DNA from: Epiperipatus broadwayi
Lineage: Eukaryota; Animalia; Onychophora
NCBI GenBank assembly: GCA_028023455.1
Contig: JAQFVV010000008.1
Location: 14,880,001 to 14,944,000, forward strand
Length of the DNA stretch: 64,000 nucleotides
Reading direction: 5' to 3'
Within the stretch, counting starts at the first letter, position 1, and the number at the start of each line of letters is the position of its first letter. The notes under the pieces were generated by a model. It had not been told where the DNA came from, did not search any database, and worked only from the letters and a program-made list of their open reading frames with translations. This document shows positions 40,004-50,565 of this stretch, piece by piece. Both the position numbers and the translations under genes were made by a program.

Positions 40004-40732
40004 TCCAATGAATTTAAATTAGAACTTATTAATCTGTTTAAAATATTAATTGACTTTGAAGATGGTTCAGGCTTGATTGAAAGCAAAAAGAAAATAACTG
40101 AAACTCTACTAAGAATTGTGACAAAGATAACTAATATATATAAAAAAAAAGAAATATGAAATATTTAAAAGTGATTCACTAAAAAAAATTGAGTATCTGG
40201 ATTTTGTAAAATGGTATATGTAGAAAAATAATTAGGAATTGGCAAGGAAAGCTATAAAAGAGAATAGTTTCAAAAGCATAAAATAATATCTTCAATATTA
40301 GAAGAAAAGCTATTTCATCAATAAGAAAAAAAAGATTAAATTATTATCAAAAAGAGATAACATCATGAAATGTGTGGAAGAATTCTTTAAACAATTATAT
40401 AGTAATAAAGAATAAGAAGATAAAGCATCCCTTATATTTATTATATCTTCTGAATTGCCCAGAATTTTAAATAAAGAAGTGAGACAAGCAATTTTAATCT
40501 ATGAAGAAGGGTAAAGCTTCATGAAATGATGAAATTACAACTGGTATTATAAAAAAAGTAGATGAAGAAATTAAAAAAATTCTTGACAAAACTACATATC
40601 AAATCTCTAAAAGATAAAGATGTACCAGATGATTTCAAGATTACAATTGTAATATAAATACTTAAGAAACATTATAAAGAAAATATTAAAAATTATAGAT
40701 TTGTCAGTCTGTTATAAATTCTATACAAAATC

Positions 40733-40848
40733 TTTTTTTTTCCATATGTCATAGCATCAGCCAGGAGGTGAACCCACAACAACCGTCTGCAACCAACTGC
40801 TTGCTTGCAAGGCAGCTGTGCTGACCTCTTGGCTAACAATAATTGATG
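40733..40848 (-). mobile_element. tRNA-Val-derived short SINE, copy 2 (diverged, with internal insertion)
   Basis: Minus strand reads gaggtcagcacagctgccttgcaagc..gggttcacctcctggctgatgctatgacatatgg(a)n. Short aatcttt flanking repeat. Confidence 0.8.
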
Positions 40849-42043
40849 AATCTTTACTGAGATAATTACAACTTATTTATAACAAACTTTTCAATTTTAA
40901 CCAACCAAAAGAATAAGCTAGATTTAAAAGTGTTTAGCATAATAGTTCATATCTAAGTATTGAGAGAAATTGTATACAGGACCAATAAATATGAATTGCC
41001 ATTATGTGTGAATTTGTAGATTATGAAAAAACCTTTGATTCTATAAGTATTTTTATAATGGTTAAGATTTTGGACTATCAATATATACACTCAAAACATT
41101 GTTATATTTTGAAGAATATTATCAGAATGCAGTGATTAAGTTACATAGTGACATTAAAACGATTAACATAGCTAAGGGTATATGGCAGAGTGGTTTCATA
41201 TCTTACAAACCTTTTACAGCAGTTTTACAAGAAGGATTTTGTAAATTAAAATGGAAAGATGGGATGATAAAAATTTATGAGATTGTTTAAGTTATTTAGA
41301 TTTTGTAAAGGATGAACTGTTTTGCAACTAATGCCTCAGTGTTGCAGGAAATATTGAAATAATTATCAAAAGAAAATAAAACAGTATGACTAAAAATAAA
41401 TGCTAAAAAGAAACAACTAATGTTAATAGATTTTCTCAGTAAAAGAAAATAAAGGTTAATAATCATGAATTAAAAGAAGTTAAAAATTACTAATACCTTG
41501 GACAAGTTTTTAAGTAAATCAAAGATAATGGATGAAATTAATATTGATTGGAGTTCTTTTAGCAAAAAAAAAAAAAAGATCTTAGCATTGAAAAGAATTA
41601 TACCTCTGTAGTTGAAAAAAAAAAAGGGTTTTTTTTTTAAATATATATGTTTTAACAGTTGTTACTTATGGATCTGAGATATTGACATTTAACAGAAGAG
41701 CAATCCAGAGACTTCAGAGCGCTCAAAAAGTATGGAGAGATGTTTGTTGGAAATAACAATGAGATTGAAAATGAAATATGTCATTGAGAGAAAAAACTGA
41801 TATGACTGACCTCATTAAAAAAATTAAGGATTGAAATGGACTGGAATTATTGCATTTGTAGAAAAATGATAATAAACAGATGAAATTTTAAACTGAATTT
41901 CATAAGATTGTAAAAGCCCTAGAGAGAGACCACATATGAAATGAATAAATAAAATAAGGAATCTTGCTGTTGTGATGCTGAGAAGAGAAGCTATGGTTTG
42001 AAGAAAATGATGATAAGTAAATATAACTTACTCATCCATGTTT

Positions 42044-42238
42044 TGCCTATCCATTAAAGTTTGTAGATTTTTTTTTCATGTGTCATAGCATCGGCCGGGA
42101 AACGAACCCGCTAACCCGGGACAACTGCTTGTAAGGCAGCTGTGGACCTCTTTACCATCAACGCTTGACAAAGTTTGTAGATTTGCTATCTTAATATAAA
42201 CCGAACAATGATTATATATGCGTGTGGAAAACGCCCAT
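42044..42238 (+). mobile_element. Hammerhead/tRNA-like repeat, partial copy B (no ribozyme), interrupted by a SINE
   Basis: gcctatccattaaagtttgtagat[SINE]ttgctatcttaatataaaccgaac matches the repeat body. Confidence 0.75.
42071..42169 (-). mobile_element. tRNA-Val(TAC)-derived short SINE, copy 3 (young)
   Basis: Perfect 15-bp TSD aaagtttgtagattt (42056-42070, 42170-42184). CpGs retained; cloverleaf-like arms; poly-A. Confidence 0.9.
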
Positions 42239-42928
42239 CCCTTTATAGAATATTTGCTATTAATCACTATTGATATTGTTCAGATATTCTTACTAAATAA
42301 TGTAATTATTGACTAACTTTAGTAGTGTTGAAAAGATATGATAAAACAATATCAATTTAAAATATTTTTAATTAAAATGACCTTTTTTATTTCCTTCTCT
42401 AATCCCCCTTCCTCTCTTTTATAAACATTAAGCATATAAATAATAATAGATATTAATTATATAAATAAATGATTAAAATGAGCAGTTATATATATATTGT
42501 CAGTTTATTTTGATGATCTCAATCTTTCAATTTTGGAGAGCAAATTTAAGACAAAACAAACTTTTAATTAGAGATATTTTTAAAAAAATCTTAAATTGAA
42601 TCTCCTAATTGAAAGACTATATACACATATTCAAAAGACAAGTCGCAAGTCATATTCCAAATCATCGTTTTAAGCTCTTTTATAACTTGTTCTATTTTTC
42701 AAAAGTTTATAACTACTTCCTTTTTAAGATTTTTACCTGTTTTTTTCTTTCATTCTTTTTTTTATTTTACACTTCACATATTTTTCAAGGTGTTCTTTTT
42801 AATCTTTATAGTAAATAATATTTATTTCACTAATGTATTTTATATTTCTATTTCCAACCTTTCAATGCTACATTTTTCTTTAAATCTATATCTTATAGCT
42901 TTCAGTTTTATCATTTTATAATTCTAAA

Positions 42929-43112
42929 GGGATTTGAACTTAGGATTTTTCAGTCTATATTCATCCTCTACTCCATCTCAAACAGCTAACACACATGATC
43001 ACATACATGTGGAAAAGATAGATGATCCCCTATATATTTATCTTATGCTGAATCAGCACTCATCAGTTCAAATTCCTTTAGTTACTTATATTGAAAACAC
43101 TCAGTACACTGA
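42929..43112 (-). mobile_element. Hammerhead/tRNA-like repeat, partial copy C
   Basis: Minus strand: ctgatgagtgctgattcagcataagataaatatataggggatcatc followed by the A/B-box-like module ending aagttcaaatccc. Confidence 0.8.
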
Positions 43113-44681
43113 ATGAATAGGCGAATCAAACTTATAGTTCATATAAACTATTTTCCAAACAACTCACAAACACCTATTTTAAGTAGAGCCAAGCAAACAA
43201 TATATTTAATTTAAAAAAAAAATTTTAACTTGGATTTCTTGCTACAAGCAAAAATAAACTCACTATCATTTTTGATAGAGAATTTAAACAACTTATGAAG
43301 TAATTATCTCTATAATCTCACATGTAAAAGATAATTTTTGCTTACTTACAACTGAAACAACTGATAGTCATTTAAAAAATAAAACTTTAGATATTTGACA
43401 AATAAATGAAAAACTACAAAAGATAGCGTAAAAAGAGTTTCTAATAAATGGAATGCAAATAGAGATAACACCTGAAGAATATTGAAGAATAATATTACTC
43501 AAAATGTTATATAATTACTAACCTGTGTTGTCTACTTATGTGTTATTATTAACAAGTTGTTTGAACATGATTCCAATATTTAAAAACTCTTGATAAAATA
43601 ATAATTTAATACAGAATAAAATAATTAAAAGTGTGCAATAAAAACTTTTGGAAAGATGTATAAATCTATTGTAGAAATTAACATTAAAAAATGTATATCT
43701 TTGGCAAGTAAAAACAGAGTTACTTAATTACATATGGCTTGAAATTGCAATAATCTGAGAGATCACTGAACAAATTTGACATTTTATCAGATAACATTTT
43801 GAGAGAGACAGGACATTAGAAGTCTTGCAAAATTAATGCATATAGAAATATATTAAGTTCTCTTGCTAATTTATGGGTTAAGACAACTAGACAAAAGGGT
43901 ACTGAGACTAAATGATAACACTTTATCATCACCAATGCATATTCAATTAGTTATCATGCATATGATAAAAATATTGTAAAAGAAATAGTGATATTAATAA
44001 ATTATGTACTGTAGACAAAATTGTTATCTTCCTAATTAATAAGTCTATTTTGCCCCATTGATCAATATTTCAGAAACTATTGATTTTCACAAAAAAAAAA
44101 AAAAAACTGGGCATATTTGTGGTCAATATGATCATGATTTGTGTACATCTAGACTTTTCTTTTAAAAAAAAAACTTCTGCTTGAAAAAAAAAGTGTCTAA
44201 GCTTTATTCTAAATGATGCAATGACAATAATGATGCCTTACTTCACTTGTCAATATTCTGGACTTATGAATAAACTGTGTTCTTTACTATTAATATTAAA
44301 AAATAAATATGATATATTTTCATAATGTTTCTAGATTTAGGTTCAAGTCCTCTTGTAGAATAATTATAATTTTCCTTTCCTATTGTTAGAATTACTGTCT
44401 TTTATTTTGTTATAACCCATGTTATAATGCAATTATGAATATGAAGATAGTATAATAAATTATTATAAGAGAGTGATAAGCAATAGCAAACTTCTTTTAA
44501 CATTTTATCATAAGAAGTAGTTTGAAGAGAATTCCTTACTGTCGATTTACTTCAATCTGCAGTCAGGAATTTAACATGAATACCCACATAAATGGAATGC
44601 TAATGTATGAATGAAGCTGTATATATTTACTTAGAAAAAGATCATAAGTTAGTGCACTAACTGGATAGAGTTTGAGTCATC

Positions 44682-44878
44682 ATTATCAATCCACTGTAGG
44701 ATGAAGGTCTCCCCAAGTTCAAATCAACTTCTCCAATCTTTAGCTTCTCTTCTCCACATAACCCTTGCATACTTTCTTATTTCATCCATCCATCTCACAT
44801 GTGGTCTCTTTCTGGGTCTTTTACAATCTCTTGGAATCCCATTTAAGATTTCAATTGTCCATCTATTATCATCTCAAG
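44682..44878 (-). mobile_element. RTE LINE 3' end fragment
   Basis: Minus strand: DDNRWTIEILNGIPRDCKRPRKRPHVRWMDEIRKYA..WRREAKD..GETFILQW followed by a gat/atg tail. Confidence 0.85.
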
Positions 44879-45169
44879 AGTGTGAATATGCAGATTTATG
44901 TTGGATTTCCAAAAATGAAATGTAAAAAATGTGCATGCATGTAATACAATCTAAGAATTTTGATTGTACACATTTCTAGAAAGGAGAAACATTTTATTAC
45001 AGCATTCATCCTCTGGACATAGCAACTAAACCATAATGTGAATATACTTTTACATTACTCACAAGTGGGTTATAGAATTCAGTGGAAATATTTGACAATT
45101 TTAGCTTATGAAAATGCAGTTTCAGAATGGTAAGCATATATATATATAATGGATGTTAATTCCATCATA

Positions 45170-45170
<1 letters not shown>

Positions 45171-45200
<30 letters not shown>
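45171..45200. repeat. (TA)n microsatellite
   Basis: Direct reading. Confidence 0.95.
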
Positions 45201-45227
45201 CTGAATATTTCCTATATAAAAATTAGA

Positions 45228-45898
45228 GGGATTTAAACTCATAATTTTCCATTCTATTCATCCTCCACTCTATCTCAAGCAATTGATATACATAATCATG
45301 TGCATGGAAAAAGATGCATGATCCCTAATATACATATTTCATGCAGAACCAGCACTCATCAGTTGGGCCAGATCATAATCTCCCACACCTATATATAATT
45401 AGTGCTCAGTTTATATTAAGATAGCAATTTCCTCAGACTTTAATGGACAGTCTTTAATCTTCTCACCCTTCCAGCTATTCAATCATCCAGTTCATTGAAA
45501 AACCAACAATGGAACACTCAAAGTTCTTAGTGAATTTGATATTGTAATCATACCCTTGTAGACATTATATCAATCTAACCCCTCATATTATCAGATCATT
45601 ATGTATCCATATATATCAATAGTAGAGGGATTGGATGAACTTATACTAAGATATAATATAATTTGATTATACCAATAAGAGGGATTTGAATTCAGGGTTT
45701 TTCATTCTAGCCATCCTTCACTCCATCTTAAGCAACTGATACACATGACATATATGTGAAAAAGATACGTGATTCCCAATATACTTATTTTATGCAGAAC
45801 CAGCAATCATCAATTAGGCCAGATATCATAATCTCCCACACTATATACAATCAGTGCTCAGTCTATATTAAGATAGCAATTCTTCAAAGTTTAATGGA
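45228..45898 (-). mobile_element. Hammerhead/tRNA-like repeat, tandem copies D (full, 45228-45680) and E (5'-truncated, 45681-45898)
   Basis: B boxes at 45228 and 45681 and ribozyme cores at 45356 and 45807 give a period of 451-453 bp. Confidence 0.9.
45320..45374 (-). ncRNA. Minimal type I hammerhead ribozyme (best-preserved copy)
   Basis: Minus strand: gatc-tgg-CCCAA-CTGATGA-GTGC-tggttct-GCAT-GAAA-T-ATGT-A-TA-TTAGG-gatc. All core nucleotides are present; AUA cleavage triplet; predicted cut between 45329 and 45328. Confidence 0.8.
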
Positions 45899-45899
45899 T

Positions 45900-47092
45900 T
45901 CCATCATTGATTTTTTTAATGAAATGGATGGTTGAATAGTTGGAAGAGCTGAGAAGATTGAAGTCTGTCTATTAAAGTTTAAGGAATTGCTATCTTAATA
46001 TAAACTGAGCACTGTTTGTGTGTGTGTGTGTGTATATATATGCTTGTGTGTGTGGGGGGGGGATTATGTTTAGCCCAACTGATGGGTGCTGGTTCTGCAC
46101 AAAATACTTATATTGGAGATCATGTATCTTTTTCACATGAATGTGGTCATGTGTATCAGTTGCTTGAGATGGAATGAAGGATGAATAGAATAGAAAATCC
46201 TGAGTTCAAATCCCATATAAGCAAATTACATTATGTCTTAGTAATCATTAAAAACCAGTCAACACTTAGACAATCCTAATACTAACAACAATCAATAATT
46301 TCTAATTGTTATCAAGGCAACCTCCTTTTAACATTAAGAGTGGGATCACATCCTTATTAATACTTATATAGACACTAAATATTGCAACTTAACCACAGAG
46401 ATTAAAATTATTGATGCAAAGGAGTTTAAATAAACCTTTTTAAACAGGTAAATAAAATCTATTCTGAATGTAGACTAATGAATAGTCAATTATAATATTA
46501 CAAATTGCAATTATAAATTTCAAATTGCACCCAAAGTATTACTTAAATAATAAGTGTAATAATGCTCAGAGTTAAATGTGTTTATAAGTAATCATTAAAA
46601 ACCAGTCAACACTTAGACAATCCCACTATCAATAACAATCAACAATTTCTAACTGTTGTCAAGGCAACATCTTTTTAACAATACTATATCTTAGTATAAA
46701 TTCAGCACATTCCTCTACTATTAATATATATGTATACATAATGGTCCAATAATATGATGTAATGTTTACATAGGTATGACTACAATATGAAATTCATTAA
46801 GGGGTTTGAATATTCCATCATTGCTTTTTCAATGAAATGGATGATTGAATAGTTGGAAGGATGATGAAATTGAAGCCTATCCATTAAGGCTTGAGGAATT
46901 GCTATCTTAATATAAACCTAGAACTGATTATATATGTGTGTGAAAAATTATGATCTGGCCAAACTGAGTGCTGGTTCTACACAAAATAACTATATTGGGG
47001 ATCATATATCTCTTTGACATGTATATTGTCATGTCAGTTGCTTGAGATGGAATGGAGAATAAACAGAATGGAAAATCCTCGTTCAACTCCCT
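45900..47092 (+). mobile_element. Hammerhead/tRNA-like repeat, copies F (45900-46243) and G (46681-47092) separated by an insertion
   Basis: F: CCCAA-CTGATGG-GTGC..GCAC-AAAA-T-ACTT-A-TA-TTGGA at 46074-46117, B box gagttcaaatccc 46202-46214. G: core with a 3-nt deletion at 46964, B box 47081-47091. Confidence 0.9.
46240..46680. mobile_element. Unclassified 441-bp insertion with 94-bp terminal direct repeats
   Basis: 46240-46333 and 46587-46680 are near-identical (agtaatcattaaaaaccagtcaacacttagacaatcc..ttttaaca). Flanked by a diverged ~16-bp duplication acattatgtcttagta / atactatatcttagta. Confidence 0.75.
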
Positions 47093-48949
47093 TTAATTAT
47101 ATATATATATTAAATTGAAAATAAAGAATCAAATCTGTATTTAAGTAACAAAATTACTTAACTGACACTAGTATTTATTTACTAAAAAGGTTTGCAATGT
47201 ATATAGGTGATAAACAACCAAATACTGACTTCAATGTTTCTGTTAATTGATAATATTAAGAAAGATTTTATGAAATATTGTTTTACAAATGTGTATCTCT
47301 GTACTTCAGAAATATTAAATAAACTATTTAATATTCAGAATTATTAATAATAAAATTTAATTTGAATAGTTTGTAAGCAAAATAGAAAAAAATGACCAAA
47401 GTTATTTTTTTTTAATTTCTTGTCCAGATTCTTATTAATATGTTCTTTAAAAAAGAAGTTTTTTGTTTGTAATTATTCTAAATGTTTTTGTTATAACTGA
47501 TTGATACAATCTTTATCTTGGATGCTTGTAATTTTTAATTCTTTTTATAAAGGCTGCAGGGATGTTAATTTCTTACATTGTGTGAGTTCCAGTTTGCTAT
47601 TAATAGAACAGATAATTCTTTGAGTTTTAAAATTTTTGTTCATCAAGCAATTTACTTTATACCTGAGCTATGGACTCCATTCTTCAGCAGCTTTTCTTAA
47701 ATGGTTATTTGAATTTGAAGTTAGGTTTTTTCTTGTTGGCTTCTATTTGATCAATTTACAGAATAGTTTACAGATGAAATGTTTAGCCCATCATCTAGAA
47801 AGAGAGGTCTTTATCATTTGCCTGAAAATTTTTAAAATATAAGCTACAAGTTGATACGAATTCTGATAACTTTCTTAAAACTTAAAAACTTTCCCTTTCT
47901 TTAAAACAACTAGCTTTTATGTCAGAAAATGCTTTATATACTGCCTGGTTTCAAAAACAAATCAACAAACTTGAATAATTCTTTTGATGATTAATTAATT
48001 AATTTTTTTATCTTAAGATTTTATAATTAATAAAAATTAAAGATATGTTTAAAGTTGACGTTATTAAAAATAAAATCCAGTTACCTCTTTTTTAAAATCA
48101 AAATTAAACTCGAAGATGGGAGAAAAATATATATTTTACTGAATATATTTCTTTTTACAATGAAAATGAATAAGCTAACCTTCCTTTTTTGTATAGTTAA
48201 AATAAAAGTAAAAAATAAAATATTACAATATTTTCATAAAGGAATTTTACAAGTATACATTCTGTAAATGAAATTTGTGTATCACCACACTGCTCTTATA
48301 TCAATAAGTGATATTATGGGTTGTGTGACACAAGTATCACAATGTATAAATATATACATAATATATATTATTTTTCTTGCAAATCGGAATATATCCCAAT
48401 AAAATTTTGATCCCAAAGTTTTGTTTGACAATAAGTTTTTTTTATCGATATAATTCTTTTATTTATGGTAAATAATGGTTTTTTTCTTTATATTTTAAGA
48501 TTTTTTATTAAGTAAAAATCAATCCCAATGAATGGATATAATTTAAATTAATACTGCAAAGATTGTTTTTATTATTGAAAAATAAAATTACACCAACCAT
48601 TCCAGATAAAACGTGTACAAAAATGACTGATTTTTTACAAAATAATTAGTTTAAATGTACTTCTTATTAAAATAATTAGATATGGATATGTATGGCCAAA
48701 CATATTAACTGAATGTGTTTTAAAAAAGAACAATTATAATATCAAAGAGCCAAAAAATATTTAACATGTATAGCATTTAAATCAAAATCTTAATAAAAAT
48801 TTCAAAATTTATTAAACAGAATATATTTGTCAAAATAGATACAAAATATTTTAGTAATGGTTATTGACAAACCTAGAAAATAAATCACGTTGAGTATAAA
48901 CGCATATTCAAAGTTTAAATGGCATGATATTTTTTAAAGTCCAGAAGAA

Positions 48950-50565
48950 TATATATATAGATAGACATATAGATTGATAAATGTGTGTATTGATGAAAAG
49001 ATGAAAAGTTAAACAAAATAATGAATGAATAGGCAGCTGGATAAATGGATAGTTGGATAAATATATTTGATAAACAGATTCACAGCATACAGGAAGATAG
49101 GCAAATAGATTAACAGAAAAATAATACATAAATAGATAGACAGATAACTAAATAGATGGATAGGCAAGTAGATGAATGGGAGACAGACAGATGGATATAA
49201 AATAAATAAAAAGAGAGACTAAGTTATCTGCAAAAAAAAAAAAAAAGATTTTAAATTTGTTTATGTCGTAGAGTTTTTACAAAACATGAACTTAAAATAT
49301 TTTTCAAAGTTTAAAATAAAAGTTGGTTAATTAGTTTTGTCACCATTTTTGCAAAAGCCACACTTGTTTTCTTCTTTTGGAAATTAAAGCTGCTGGTAGA
49401 AACTACCCATATTCTCATATTACACTTAACTATGCTCTGATTAATAGAATCATTTTGATTTAAGAAGCGGTCTATTTTTTATTATGTATAAGTGAAAACA
49501 AATATAAAACTTAATTAAATTTGTTATAACTTTATAGATATATTTTTTTAAAGTTCAGAAAAAATGTGATAATTTCAGATTTAAAAGAAAAGCCATTTAG
49601 AGATTTTCTATTAGTTGGTAACTAAGAATATTCTATAAATGGCATTTTATCATTGATTTTAAAATAGTTTAACAACTAAGTGCATATATATGTTTAAGCA
49701 CAGATGTATAACATGTGTGTACATAAATAAATAAATGGACAAATAGTTAATCAAACATATAAATGAATAAATAGACAGATAGGCACATAGACAAATCAAT
49801 CGATTGATAAATAATTATAAATAAATAGTTTGGTACATGGATGTATTGATAAATATCAAGATAGAGACAAACAGGCAGTTAACAGGCATATAGGTAGACA
49901 TAGATATAAAGGTAATGAAATCTAAATAAGTAGAATAGGTGGGAAAGTAGATAGCTAGAAGAAATGAACAGACAGAAAAGTAAAAATAGATAGAAAGAAC
50001 GCATGGATAAATAGATAATAATAGATAATTATATAGGTATACAGAGAGAGTCAGGCTGGTAGATAGGTATGTAGATAGACATGTAGAATTTAATAAACAG
50101 TATATTAGACAGACAGATAAAAAGTTGATAACCAGATAAATAGATAGTTGGATGAATGAATGGATAAATGGATAGATAGATAGAAATGCAAATATATATA
50201 AATAGATAGATATATTGTAAGTAGATAGATAAGTAAGTAGGCAGATAAATAGATAGATAGATAAAATGAATATACAGACAGAGAAATTATAAATAGATAG
50301 AAAGATGGATAAGGAAATGAATAGATAAGAAAATAAATTAATAAACATACATAGAGATAGATTGATTGATAGATAGATGCATGAATGGATAAATGAATAA
50401 ATTGATAGGCAAATAAATAAGCAGATAGACAGACAAATAAATAGATAGGTAAATAGACACACAGATAGATGGATACATAGACAGACATAGATAGATAAGA
50501 TAGATGGATAGATAGACAGACATAGATAAATAAGATGTATGAATAGACAGATAAATAGATAGGCA
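48950..50565. repeat. Degenerate GATA/GACA/TAAA low-complexity tracts (48950-49200, 49720-50565)
   Basis: Cryptic tetranucleotide periodicity; gives the LSIY-rich antisense ORFs. Confidence 0.9.

Larger units (their letters stand above)
39150..42010 (+). mobile_element. Decayed near-full-length RTE-clade LINE with two SINE insertions
   Basis: IVGLYDVK, GMGFIINKKWKNNIV, LILMGDFNATIG, LDHILNN..SDYQLVR (APE); FVDYEKTFDSI, YGSEILT, and a 3' end homologous to the 9.7 and 44.7 kb fragments. Confidence 0.85.

Noticed and set aside
42071-42169. Functional tRNA-Val(TAC) gene
   Set aside because: Poly-A tail, TSDs, aberrant D and variable regions and multiple diverged copies indicate a SINE.
47400-47950. 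Possible LINE endonuclease start (LIANWNS) on the minus strand
   Set aside because: Only one short motif is recognisable; too decayed to call.
49815-50523. 215-aa, 127-aa and 61-aa minus-strand ORFs
   Set aside because: Stop-free reading of degenerate GATA low-complexity DNA; no domain signal.
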